Positions 54,926 to 63,843 of a stretch of DNA of 64,000 nt are shown here, in pieces. Below the pieces are notes generated by a model. The model had not been told where the DNA came from, searched no databases, and worked only from the letters and a program-made list of their open reading frames with translations. Position 1 is the first letter of the stretch. The number at the start of each line of letters is the position of its first letter. The translations under genes were made by a program, and so were the position numbers. This stretch comes from a virus: the IMG/VR virus record IMGVR_UViG_3300015242_000023, positions 1,802 through 65,801 of that record; one strand, written 5' to 3'.

Positions 54926-57703
54926 CTAACCTGGGTACAGCGGGCCTGGTGGTTTGCCCTTGTGCTGCATCTGCTCCTCAGCCTCGGCCATCCGCTCCTC
55001 CCCACGCACCAAGATCCCTGTGTCGCGAAGGTAGCGAAGCGCCTGCGATGTCGTGTCCGTCAAATCATCCCGTCGCGCATTCGGAAATGTACCACATTCT
55101 GCAATCACCGCCTCGGCGAACGGCCGGTCCGGCGCATAGACCATCCGCTCCTCAAAGATGTTCTGGACCGAATATAGCCTCGCCACCTTGCTGTTCTTGG
55201 TGTAGCCGCCGCCGGCGATCGGCCGCATCACCCGGATCCCGTAGTTCGCCCTGGTCGCGAACAGTCTCCGCAGCTCCTGAGCAACCGAAATGCCCGCCGC
55301 CTTGTCCTCGATCAGCAGTACGTCGACCTTGAACTGCTGGCACGTCTTATGGACACGGTTCACCAAGTCGTGGATCTCAAGATGGTCGCTCCACGAATGG
55401 CACAGCATCACCCGGTTGGATGTCTCGACGTAGGCCCGCTGGAACACGCCCGGCGCCGTCTGCACATGCTGGGCCACGACATCTCCTTGGAAGACGCCCC
55501 ACACTGTCAACGCCGACGGGTCGTTCAGCGTGTTCTCGGTGTAGGCCGTGTCCAAGCTGGCCACGAGATATTCCATCGGCGGGTACTGGAGCTGATACCG
55601 CGGTTGCTGCGTCACCGGGTCCAGCTCTTCCCCGCCAGGCGGCCACAACTGCCACCAGTCACGCTTGATGATGCCGCCGCCGGCCGGCTCAGGACGTTGC
55701 TCTAATTGGCCCGCTGCACGCCACGCTTTCAGGCTACGCTCAAGAGCCTTCACCTCAGCCTCAGGGAAGCGCTCAGGGAAGAGCAATTCGCCCTCTTTGG
55801 TGCGCGGATCATTCCAACCGATCGACGTGACGAACGAGCGCGTTTTCTCGTAGTGCATTGGGAGGCAGAGATGCTGCCATCTCTCGGGCTCTTTGGCGAG
55901 AATATGCCCAGACAAATCTAGTTCGCCTAGGCGCTGTTGTACGGCGACGATTGCACCAGTCCTCGGATCATTCAGACGCGTCGACATAGCGCCATCCCAC
56001 CAGTCCTCGTTTGTCGATTGGATGATCGCTTCTGATAGAACCTCACGAGCGTTGTTCGCGTCATCCACAATTATGACGGAAGCGCCCTCGCCTGTGACTC
56101 CGGCTTCAACCGCAGTGATCAGCGATTCGCCGCCTTCGCTGTTGCTGAAGCGAACCTTTTGGTCCTGCTCCGGCAGGATGTGAAAGCGATCACCCCACTT
56201 GCGGCGATACCACGTTGACTTCATCAACCGGCGCCGTTTCACGCTGTCTCTGATCGCAAGCGAATAGGCGTATGACGCATGAAGGAAGGGAACACCTGGG
56301 CCGCTCGTGGGACCGCGAAACGATTGCGCCCACACCCAGGCCGGAAACGCCACAGAGACGATCGAAGAATTATGGACCGCAAAACCATTGGCGACGAAGC
56401 TGTGATCTTCATCAACTGTCAGGCAGATGCACTCTGCAGTCCCTGCGTCTTCGATATTCTCCACCACATCGCCGACAACAAGATGGTCAAAGTCGAAACG
56501 GCGACGTCGCGCGAATGCCAAGCGGTCGTTTTTCTTGTGATGAATGTCGATGAGATTTGCGAATCGCCAGCAATTATCCTGATCGGAAATAGACAGCGAA
56601 TAGGATGTGTACGTATCCCCTTGTATCTTGGTCTTAATGGCCGACGTTTTCTGGCGAAGAATAGAATCAATTCCCAAGCGCAACAGAAGCGTCTGCATTT
56701 GGAGCAAGAAAGCCTTGTTTACGCTGTCACATCCAATGTGGAGATCATCCCGCTGTGAGCCGTTTCTTTTAGCTCCTTTAAATGAGACAAATCCATCGCA
56801 GGCCCAAAATGCACCGATGAAGTGTTGCGCAATTTCATTTGTCCCCTCAAGGACAGCCTGCGGAATCATCTTGGTGTAGGAATTTCCTCCCCACAGCTTA
56901 TGTCTTTCCATGAACTTACGAACGGGACCGACATCATTCTTATTCGGCCGCCTCATTGTTCCCGGGAGCGCACGCAGAGCAATGCGGCGCAAAATACCGC
57001 CCGTCTTTGCCATTTCATAGGCTTGATCAGTTCCCTGAAATCCCGCTGCGCTTATCACCAAGTGAATGTCAGTGGCCTCAATATCATCCGCCACTGTGAT
57101 GTTCGGTGTCCCCTGACAATTTCCGTCTCCAATCAAATAGCCCAATAGTCTCGCCACTTCCGGCGTGATGGAGGGCGATCCGCTAGAGCCCCTTTGTGGG
57201 ATCAATCCAATTACATCTTCTTTGGAAATACTCTGAAGTTCAGTCCATCCCATTGGAGTGAGGAAGGGATGATCTGGCGCGGCAACAATCTCACGACCGC
57301 GCCTCGTTTTAAGATGGAGGACGGGAATCACCCCCTGCTTGTGTATCTCCGTCACACGACGAAAGCGCGCCAAGTGAGTAAGGACATGCTCCCCTTCGCG
57401 GACATGCCTCAATTCAACGAGACCACGCTCATAGGTGGAAACAAGAGTGTCCGCCGATACGGGTTTGCCCATTCTTGGCGGGATATTTATCAGCAGCCGT
57501 TTGATCTCGCCATCAGCTACGGCCTCGAGATGTTCGGCCAAGGCATCAATCACCCAACCATGCACGTACGGCGCCGGGTCGATGAACCTCCAAGCGTATC
57601 GCAGGAAGGTCGCCAAGCTCTCCTCGCACTCGACACGCTCCAGCTCGTTCAAATGCCAGTCGGCGTCGATCCGCGAGCCTTCGTATTCAATCAGAGTCGG
57701 CAT
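54926..57703 (-). CDS. terL: Terminase large subunit containing an intein
   Basis: LLINIPPRMGK|S Walker A split by an intein; IIVDDANN Walker B; ASLDTAY...DPSA and DDLTDTTSQAL RuvC-like nuclease motifs. Confidence 0.95.
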   Translation of the reverse strand: MPTLIEYEGSRIDADWHLNELERVECEESLATFLRYAWRFIDPAPYVHGWVIDALAEHLEAVADGEIKRLLINIPPRMGKPVSADTLVSTYERGLVELRHVREGEHVLTHLARFRRVTEIHKQGVIPVLHLKTRRGREIVAAPDHPFLTPMGWTELQSISKEDVIGLIPQRGSSGSPSITPEVARLLGYLIGDGNCQGTPNITVADDIEATDIHLVISAAGFQGTDQAYEMAKTGGILRRIALRALPGTMRRPNKNDVGPVRKFMERHKLWGGNSYTKMIPQAVLEGTNEIAQHFIGAFWACDGFVSFKGAKRNGSQRDDLHIGCDSVNKAFLLQMQTLLLRLGIDSILRQKTSAIKTKIQGDTYTSYSLSISDQDNCWRFANLIDIHHKKNDRLAFARRRRFDFDHLVVGDVVENIEDAGTAECICLTVDEDHSFVANGFAVHNSSIVSVAFPAWVWAQSFRGPTSGPGVPFLHASYAYSLAIRDSVKRRRLMKSTWYRRKWGDRFHILPEQDQKVRFSNSEGGESLITAVEAGVTGEGASVIIVDDANNAREVLSEAIIQSTNEDWWDGAMSTRLNDPRTGAIVAVQQRLGELDLSGHILAKEPERWQHLCLPMHYEKTRSFVTSIGWNDPRTKEGELLFPERFPEAEVKALERSLKAWRAAGQLEQRPEPAGGGIIKRDWWQLWPPGGEELDPVTQQPRYQLQYPPMEYLVASLDTAYTENTLNDPSALTVWGVFQGDVVAQHVQTAPGVFQRAYVETSNRVMLCHSWSDHLEIHDLVNRVHKTCQQFKVDVLLIEDKAAGISVAQELRRLFATRANYGIRVMRPIAGGGYTKNSKVARLYSVQNIFEERMVYAPDRPFAEAVIAECGTFPNARRDDLTDTTSQALRYLRDTGILVRGEERMAEAEEQMQHKGKPPGPLYPG
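56369..57463 (-). mobile_element. 365-aa intein with LAGLIDADG endonuclease (Pro1, block F4 Cys, His-Asn|Ser junction)
   Basis: GK|PVSADT...APDHPF...LLGYLIGDG...GAFWACDG...CICLTV.EDHSFVANGFAVHN|S; visibly more AT-rich than the flanks. Confidence 0.92.
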
Positions 57704-58032
57704 TAGGTTCCGAGCCCAGCCGCTTCCATGCGGTCCACGTATTCGTCAATTGAAACAGGACCGCCCACTATCAGTTCAAACTGTCTGCCATGGATGGCTA
57801 TCGATTGGAGGTCCAACAGTTGGCCATCCGGCACAAATATCGAATAGGGACGTGTCTCTCTTTCCCATCCACCAGGATGGCCCTTGACTAAAAACCCACA
57901 CCGATGCGGATCATATTGAGTGAGCCGCCATTTGCGCACCAGTGAATCACGCCGCGCGGACGCAGCGGACGGGAGGATGATTAATGCGGCAGAGCCGAGG
58001 ATTACTTTGCGCCGTCTCATGTTGCCCTTCAT
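57703..58032 (-). CDS. Hypothetical protein, possible twin-Arg signal
   Basis: MRRRKVILGSAALIILPSAASA segment; stop abuts terL start. Confidence 0.45.
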   Translation of the reverse strand: MKGNMRRRKVILGSAALIILPSAASARRDSLVRKWRLTQYDPHRCGFLVKGHPGGWERETRPYSIFVPDGQLLDLQSIAIHGRQFELIVGGPVSIDEYVDRMEAAGLGT

Positions 58033-58439
58033 GTGCCGAGCGGTCGCTTGGGCGTCTGCGCGTTCTTCCGCAGGAACTGCTCCTGAAACGCCAGCGCGGC
58101 CTTTTGCGTTGGGAGGAGTCTATGGTCATCGACAAGGCCGGCATCAACCGCCTTCTGTGTCCGTTGATATGCCTCATTCAACGCCATCCCAGGATCGTTC
58201 TTCCGCGCCAAGCGCGCCGTGATGATATCGGCCTCGGTCTTGGTGTGGGATAGCCACTGCGCGACGTCCGATTTGACGTGAAATACCGTAGTGATCACGA
58301 ATTCTTTGATCTGCAGTATCTGCTCCGGTCGTTGGTCCTTGATATCCTGCATGATGGCCCAGACATGCGCGCGCCGCGACACCTGCAGCACCCACATCAC
58401 GAAGCGCCGCCGACGCTCTTTGGCCCACGCGCGAATCAT
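58029..58439 (-). CDS. Hypothetical protein
   Basis: ATGA overlaps. Confidence 0.55.
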   Translation of the reverse strand: MIRAWAKERRRRFVMWVLQVSRRAHVWAIMQDIKDQRPEQILQIKEFVITTVFHVKSDVAQWLSHTKTEADIITARLARKNDPGMALNEAYQRTQKAVDAGLVDDHRLLPTQKAALAFQEQFLRKNAQTPKRPLGT

Positions 58440-58747
58440 GGCTTCGCCTCGGTCAGGTATTCTTCGATCTTCCTGGCTTCCTCAACCAGCATCCCAGCAG
58501 ATGTGGCGATGTTTCGGAAAGCATCAATCGCCATGGCCATCGCTTGGACGCGCAGACGCAGCCCGTCGTCAGCCAGTACTGCATGCAGGGAGCGAGTCTC
58601 GCTGGCTGTCAACGCGAGCTCTGTTCCATCTTCCATGGCACGCGCGACAAGCTCGCGCAATTCTTCCTTGGTCATGATTTCTCCATCGCCTCTGCCAACA
58701 GGATGCGGATCGTCGCCGTTCGCGACATGAGACCCCGCCGATGCCAT
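58436..58747 (-). CDS. Hypothetical protein
   Basis: Helical ORF; start uncertain. Confidence 0.5.
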   Translation of the reverse strand: MASAGSHVANGDDPHPVGRGDGEIMTKEELRELVARAMEDGTELALTASETRSLHAVLADDGLRLRVQAMAMAIDAFRNIATSAGMLVEEARKIEEYLTEAKP

Positions 58748-58857
58748 TCCTCATCAATGCGCTCCAGCATGCTCTTGCGCAGGCGTATGAGACGGCCGAC
58801 TGGCTTGTTTCGATAACCAGCGGGCGGCTTTGAGAAGTGGGGATTGACGTGCTTCAT
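58672..58857 (-). CDS. Ribbon-helix-helix DNA-binding protein
   Basis: RLIRLRKSMLERIDEEWHRRGLMSRTATIRILLAE. Confidence 0.6.
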   Translation of the reverse strand: MKHVNPHFSKPPAGYRNKPVGRLIRLRKSMLERIDEEWHRRGLMSRTATIRILLAEAMEKS

Positions 58858-59168
58858 TTCGGAACCCGTTCTTCCAAGATCGATATGACCAAGGCGTTGC
58901 GCGTCATGCTTCGGCGCGCGACCTCGCTGTCAAGGCGTGCCAGCAATGCGGGCGGGATGCGGACCGGCAACGGGACGGTTTCCGGTCCCTTTGGGCGTCC
59001 CATCTTTCGCAGCCCCTCTGCCACAGGGTCATCGACAACTCGCACGCTGGCGGTTGCCAGCGTCAGGTCTCGTTCGACGCGAGCGGCCTTGGGGCGGGTA
59101 GACATAGCCAGGGGACGCCGCGCAGCCTTCGCCTCACGCAATGCCCTGATCTGGTCGAGTTTGTTCAT
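58854..59168 (-). CDS. Ribbon-helix-helix (Arc/CopG-like) protein
   Basis: GRPK then LPVRIPPALLARLDSEVARRSMTRNALVISIL. Confidence 0.7.
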   Translation of the reverse strand: MNKLDQIRALREAKAARRPLAMSTRPKAARVERDLTLATASVRVVDDPVAEGLRKMGRPKGPETVPLPVRIPPALLARLDSEVARRSMTRNALVISILEERVPK

Positions 59169-59264
59169 GGCTGCGGCAGGATACGCGCTCTGTGACTTTC
59201 TGCAATAATTATATCACCCGGAACCTGCATCTCATAGGCGCGTTCATCCAACGGAGGCGCGCCC

Positions 59265-59465
59265 ATGGTCGAATCCGTCATCCTGCTGCTGATCTATATC
59301 GCCGTTGTCGTCGGCCTGGTCTGGCTGGTGATATGGGTCTTGGAGCAGCTCGGCGTCGCCCTGCCGGCGCCTGTGGTCAAGGTCCTGTGGGTGATCGCCG
59401 TGCTGATCATCCTGCTGCTGCTCTGGCGGGTCGTCGGGCACGGCCTCAATCTGAGGCTGCCTTAA
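59265..59465 (+). CDS. Small two-pass membrane protein
   Basis: Two long hydrophobic helices separated by PAP; RBS GGAGG; antisense to neighbours. Confidence 0.7.
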   Translation: MVESVILLLIYIAVVVGLVWLVIWVLEQLGVALPAPVVKVLWVIAVLIILLLLWRVVGHGLNLRLP

Positions 59466-59860
59466 ACGCCCACATCCTCGTTGGGTTCGATCGTCACGAA
59501 GTGCCGCCCCAGCCCGTGCGCGGCGATGTAGCCCTTCCAATCCGGCGGGATCATCTCCTGGCTGAGCGTGAGCTTGAACATCAACACCATCATGCTGGAC
59601 AACTCGAGCACCGTGATATCGGCCGTCGGTCGGAACTCCACCGTCACCCCGGCACCGTCGCGCAGCCAGATCGGCTTGACTGGGCCTGAACTGCCGGGCG
59701 GCGGAGGGCTGAGTTCGGAGACGCCCACGGCGTTTGGATCAACCATCTGATTCTCCTTGGAAAATTCATCGTTCAGCATATCCGCCACGCGCTTCTCAAA
59801 ATCTTCTCGAGCTTGCGCAAACAAAGCGACGTTGTGCGGGTGCTGATATCCCGTTGTCAT
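59462..59860 (-). CDS. Hypothetical protein
   Basis: Coupled to terS. Confidence 0.5.
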   Translation of the reverse strand: MTTGYQHPHNVALFAQAREDFEKRVADMLNDEFSKENQMVDPNAVGVSELSPPPPGSSGPVKPIWLRDGAGVTVEFRPTADITVLELSSMMVLMFKLTLSQEMIPPDWKGYIAAHGLGRHFVTIEPNEDVGV

Positions 59861-60351
59861 TCGGCCGTCTCCACTTCTTTGGCCTTTGCCTTCAATAGCA
59901 TGGCCTTGAACTGCTCGCGCTGCTTGATACCAAGTGATGCCACATCGACCACCACAGTGCCCGTAATCGCTTGGATCGGGCCGCCGTTGGGGCCGCTGAT
60001 CTCACGCTGATGGACGTCCCGCCATTCATTGCGTCGGCGATTTTTGAGCCAGAATATTTGGGCGGTGACATTGCCCTTCTGCGCCTCGCGATAGAGGCTG
60101 GATGCCACGTTCATGTCTGCGGGCAGCTTCCCGCGCCTTATGGCCTCCCGAAATTCAGGATACTGCTTCTGCCACGTGTAGAATGTGTTGAGGCCGATAT
60201 CGAGCAGCTCGCACATCTCAACGTCGGTGAAGCCGGCCAATCCCCCGCGCCATGCGCGCTTCAGTATTTGGGGGGTGAACAGCGTCGGACGGCCGCGGCC
60301 GCGCTTGGGCGGCACGACGATCTCCTGGGGCTGTTTCTTAACTCTCGGCAT
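59857..60351 (-). CDS. terS: Terminase small subunit
   Basis: GRPT..TP, HTH TDVEMCELLDIGLNTFYTW...PEF, GNVTAQIFWLKNR...WRD, EISGPNGGPI. Confidence 0.85.
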   Translation of the reverse strand: MPRVKKQPQEIVVPPKRGRGRPTLFTPQILKRAWRGGLAGFTDVEMCELLDIGLNTFYTWQKQYPEFREAIRRGKLPADMNVASSLYREAQKGNVTAQIFWLKNRRRNEWRDVHQREISGPNGGPIQAITGTVVVDVASLGIKQREQFKAMLLKAKAKEVETAE

Positions 60352-60631
60352 CGTTCATCTCGACTGCATTCGCGTGCCAGTAACTGCCGTCTGGATTGAG
60401 TTTGGGGACAGTCTCGTCAATCAGGATGGGCTGGATATACCACGGCATCTCGTACAGGCGGCCGCAGGGCATGCAACGAATCGCATACACGAACATTCCG
60501 TCGACGTGATGATGCGCCCCGCATAGGCAGTGGAAGTCCATGCAGACATCAGTCCCCTTCCACTGCATGAAGGAATATGGGGCGGACGGCGCGACTTGGA
60601 CGTCAGGGGGCTGTTTCTTGGCGCGGGGCAT
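60338..60631 (-). CDS. Small Cys-containing hypothetical protein
   Basis: QWKGTDVCMDFHCLCG...CMPCG. Confidence 0.6.
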   Translation of the reverse strand: MPRAKKQPPDVQVAPSAPYSFMQWKGTDVCMDFHCLCGAHHHVDGMFVYAIRCMPCGRLYEMPWYIQPILIDETVPKLNPDGSYWHANAVEMNDAES

Positions 60632-60837
60632 CAGACATACCCTACCAAGTCGTCGCAAGCCGTGGCGGCGTAATATTCCGTCAGCAGGCGGTGCCTAACC
60701 TGCTTCGGATGCCGCGGATGATTTTCGTCATGGACACGAAAGATCGGGCACTCGCAGATAGCGTAGCCGCAGATACCGCAAGGATGGCCGTATTTGGCCA
60801 ACTCATTCGCCTCCAAATCGGCCCTGGTCTCAGCCAT
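60631..60837 (-). CDS. Small hypothetical protein
   Basis: PCGICGYAICECP motif. Confidence 0.5.
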   Translation of the reverse strand: MAETRADLEANELAKYGHPCGICGYAICECPIFRVHDENHPRHPKQVRHRLLTEYYAATACDDLVGYV

Positions 60838-61123
60838 GGTGAAACGGCCTGTAGTTGCGATCCCAGTGGAACTGCGCCGCCAGGCGGGCGCGGGGCGTCG
60901 GGCAGTCCGTTTCGTGCTGGGCGACCTTCTGCGCAGCCCACAGGCCCAATATCCGGAAGGTCATCAGCACCCGGATCGGCCGGCCATGTTCGTCCTGGCC
61001 ATCAAGGTACGTGGTCGGGATCACCGGGGCGTCGATGTGCGCCTCGCGCTCGTGGTCGATCGTCCGGCGCAGCATGCCGCGCGCCCAGACCCGCGACTTA
61101 CGCATGCCCAGCATATGCGTCAT
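60830..61123 (-). CDS. Hypothetical protein
   Basis: Overlapping neighbours. Confidence 0.45.
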   Translation of the reverse strand: MTHMLGMRKSRVWARGMLRRTIDHEREAHIDAPVIPTTYLDGQDEHGRPIRVLMTFRILGLWAAQKVAQHETDCPTPRARLAAQFHWDRNYRPFHHG

Positions 61124-61386
61124 CGACGATCACCTTGGCTTTCCCATGCTTCCTTGCTGACGTGCTGACCACAGCAGGGACATTCATGGTCTGAAGCGAC
61201 GGCGACGTAGCCTATGGGAGGAGAACTCCCAGGAGGATCATCCTCTTCACTATAACCAAGGGTTTGGGCATATAGGCTCACAAGACGAACGCCCGATGCG
61301 ACGAACATTCGGGCATGTTTTTGTGCAGCCTCTAACGTCGTCTTAACGCCGAAAGTGGCTCGATCTTGGGTGATGATATCGGCCAT
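61120..61386 (-). CDS. Hypothetical protein
   Basis: C-terminal CPCCG. Confidence 0.5.
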   Translation of the reverse strand: MADIITQDRATFGVKTTLEAAQKHARMFVASGVRLVSLYAQTLGYSEEDDPPGSSPPIGYVAVASDHECPCCGQHVSKEAWESQGDRR

Positions 61387-61616
61387 TATTCCGGCTCGTG
61401 CTTGGTGTGCTGGAACTTCCCTTTGATCTTGGCGTGGAAGACGCCGCCGGGGGACTTCGCCCCAAGCATCTCCTGGTGCAAATCGGCAGAAACGCCATCG
61501 TACTGGTAGACGGCGCCGCCTGATGCAAACTGGACGAACAACTTGTCATCCTGGTGATGCATCGCCTTGATGTTGCTGGAGTTTTCGACCGGCTTCAGTT
61601 CAGGTAGCTTGCTCAT
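61386..61616 (-). CDS. KTSC-domain protein
   Basis: PVENSSNIKAM...LFVQFASGGAVYQYDGV...AKSPGGVFHAKIKG. Confidence 0.9.
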   Translation of the reverse strand: MSKLPELKPVENSSNIKAMHHQDDKLFVQFASGGAVYQYDGVSADLHQEMLGAKSPGGVFHAKIKGKFQHTKHEPE

Positions 61617-61849
61617 TGTGCTCCTCCTTCTGCCCCCATCGGGGCCGCGGCGATCACTTGGCTTAGCGACCGCAACGTCTTCATCAGCAAAAACATGCGA
61701 ACCGCGCTGGCCGGGATGGGACTTTCGCCCTTTAACCAGCGGTAAAGCGAGCTCTCGGCCACCCCGCACAGGTCAGCGACCTCCCGATTCGGGATGTCCA
61801 ATTCATCCAGCAGGAGGCGGAAGTGGCGAGGCGACAAGTCTAGGTCCAT
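61613..61849 (-). CDS. XRE-type HTH protein
   Basis: NREVADLCGVAESSLYRWLKGESPIP. Confidence 0.8.
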   Translation of the reverse strand: MDLDLSPRHFRLLLDELDIPNREVADLCGVAESSLYRWLKGESPIPASAVRMFLLMKTLRSLSQVIAAAPMGAEGGAQ

Positions 61850-61883
61850 TTCGGCGACTAGCGTAGCGCGACTACGTTGCGTG

Positions 61884-62216
61884 TCAACCTTGGTCCCCCA
61901 CCCTCGCCAGCAGCGCTCTTGCGATCTGCACCATGCGCTCGTCGTGGACGCAGAGGCTGTAGACGGCCTTGAACGCCGCGAAGCGCTCTGGCGGCGTCCT
62001 GGCATCATCGTGCCTCCGGGCTGCTCTATCGAGCTCGCGCGCCCATTCTATGGCTTCGGTGTCAGGTGGGACGAGGGGTGGAGGGCGCGAAGGTTGTCCA
62101 AAGACATCCAAGAATTCACGTTCGGAGCAACCATGGAACAGGTCGCCAAAGACCATCTTTGCATCATCCGTCATGGGGTGCTCCAACGCTGCGCGTTGTC
62201 CCATCTCGTTCGGCAT
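61884..62216 (-). CDS. Hypothetical protein
   Basis: Coupled to neighbour. Confidence 0.45.
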   Translation of the reverse strand: MPNEMGQRAALEHPMTDDAKMVFGDLFHGCSEREFLDVFGQPSRPPPLVPPDTEAIEWARELDRAARRHDDARTPPERFAAFKAVYSLCVHDERMVQIARALLARVGDQG

Positions 62217-62231
62217 CAGATGCTTTCCGGA

Positions 62232-63101
62232 TCATGCTGCGGCACTCCATGACACGCCCTTGGCGTTGGCGTCGTAGTCGGCGAAGGCGACGTTTCGCCA
62301 AAGATGCCGGTTGACCCAGCGAGCGACATGGCGAAGGCGTTGCGCTGTCCAGTCGTGGCGCACTTGTGGCTCTTTCCGCAGGGCATTGAGCTTGATGAAG
62401 GGCTGGGCATAGGGCTCGCCGCCGGCTGCAATGACGCGCTTGATGCGGTCCATGCAGACCTCGAACGGCTCATGGCCGATCATCGTATAAACCTGCTTCC
62501 GGCGCGGTGAGACATCCTTGAGCATGCGGAACACGCGCTCGACGTTCGCCCCCTCTGTCGTCTCATCGTATCCAAAGCGCCACGGGCCTTTAAGTATCGG
62601 CTTCCAGCGGGCATAGACCTCATCATCAAACGTGGCGGGCTCAAAGCCGCTGTTGGCATCGAGCAACGGCACGTCGGCCGTCTGGTAGCGGCCGACGATG
62701 TGGCGCTGGTAGTCGGCCGGCAGGGCGGAAAGGTTATCGTCGCAGAGAACCGGACGCGGCGTGAAGTCGGGCAGCAGCGTGAATACCTTGCCGTCCATCT
62801 TTGGCACGATGCAGAACCAGCAGCCGACAGGGCAGCCGTAGCTTGCGCGCGTGGCCATCGGATTGTGCCGCGCGATCGCGTCGGGGATACTGCCGCCGAC
62901 CTCACATAGATCGGCTAGATACTTCTTCTGCGTGAACGTGCCGGGGCCGCCAGCCTTCACGATGCAGCCCAGCGCCCGATAGTATTCGGCAATCTTGCGC
63001 GCGCCCGGAAGCTGCCATGTGAAGGCAACCGAGATGAAGGCAGCATCGCCCTCTCGCCAGTGCACGGCCTGCCTCGACCAAGAGCCTTTATCGGGTGCCA
63101 A
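62232..63101 (-). CDS. Radical SAM superfamily protein
   Basis: RASYGCPVGCWFCIVP (CxxxCxxC); DDNL; GGP segment resembling a truncated B12-binding domain. Confidence 0.8.
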   Translation of the reverse strand: MAPDKGSWSRQAVHWREGDAAFISVAFTWQLPGARKIAEYYRALGCIVKAGGPGTFTQKKYLADLCEVGGSIPDAIARHNPMATRASYGCPVGCWFCIVPKMDGKVFTLLPDFTPRPVLCDDNLSALPADYQRHIVGRYQTADVPLLDANSGFEPATFDDEVYARWKPILKGPWRFGYDETTEGANVERVFRMLKDVSPRRKQVYTMIGHEPFEVCMDRIKRVIAAGGEPYAQPFIKLNALRKEPQVRHDWTAQRLRHVARWVNRHLWRNVAFADYDANAKGVSWSAAA

Positions 63102-63216
63102 TGCGTGACCTCGTCCTTAGTTGGAAAGCAAAGCTGGTCTTACACAGGCCCGCGCTTCGCGGGCGAACTCCCATCCCCTACGGGAGGGGCAGGGAGAAGG
63201 CAGGCGCGGAGTTCAA

Positions 63217-63843
63217 TCAAATAGCCCTGCACGACTTGAACGGCAGTGCGGCGTTGATCGTCGTGTCCGGAATTGAGTGACCAGCTTCCTGGTCCTTGCC
63301 GAGCGTGTCGGCGACGAGCCGGGCCATCTCATCGCACGCACAAATGTTTGATAACTTGTCGGGCTGCTCGATCTTGCAGACACGGGCGCAGCCATCGCGC
63401 CACTTGTCACGCACCGCCAGCCGGACCGTCTCGCGAATGCCCACCCCCTCCCCTTCCTGCTTGGTGGAGAGGGTGGCGGTGGCCAGTTCAAGCGCTTCCT
63501 TGATCTCCATGTCCAGATGGGCAGAACCGCCGCTATCCTCGTTAAGCAACGACGGACACTCGCCCCAGACCATGGCGTGCAGGTTCTCTAATGCGTTAGC
63601 TGTCTTGCGCAGCGCCTCCATTCCCCCTAGGGGCTCGGGCGAAAGGTCTGACTTGCGAGGTGCATGCATAATGCCGAGCACGGCTCGCGCCCTACGCACG
63701 TCGCCTGCGGTGATGCCGCGTCCAGAATTGGCGTACACGACAACATCATCGTAGAGATCGTGATAGGCTGGCATTACACCGTCGTTTGGTCCACCCAAGG
63801 CCGCGAAAGGCTCCAGCGCTTCTCGCATCTTCTCGTCTGTCAT
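63217..63843 (-). CDS. Hypothetical mosaic phage protein
   Basis: REALEPFA...GDVRRARA and WGECPSLLNEDSGG segments. Confidence 0.5.
   Translation of the reverse strand: MTDEKMREALEPFAALGGPNDGVMPAYHDLYDDVVVYANSGRGITAGDVRRARAVLGIMHAPRKSDLSPEPLGGMEALRKTANALENLHAMVWGECPSLLNEDSGGSAHLDMEIKEALELATATLSTKQEGEGVGIRETVRLAVRDKWRDGCARVCKIEQPDKLSNICACDEMARLVADTLGKDQEAGHSIPDTTINAALPFKSCRAI

Noticed and set aside
54091-55005. 304-aa ORF as a single gene
   Set aside because: Its 5' part overlaps the terL end and a plausible + strand gene; only the last 70-100 codons look like a real small phage protein.
56369-57463. Intein inactive because it lacks an N-terminal Cys/Ser, making terL a pseudogene
   Set aside because: Frame, His-Asn|Ser junction and block F Cys are intact, which fits an alternative splicing class.
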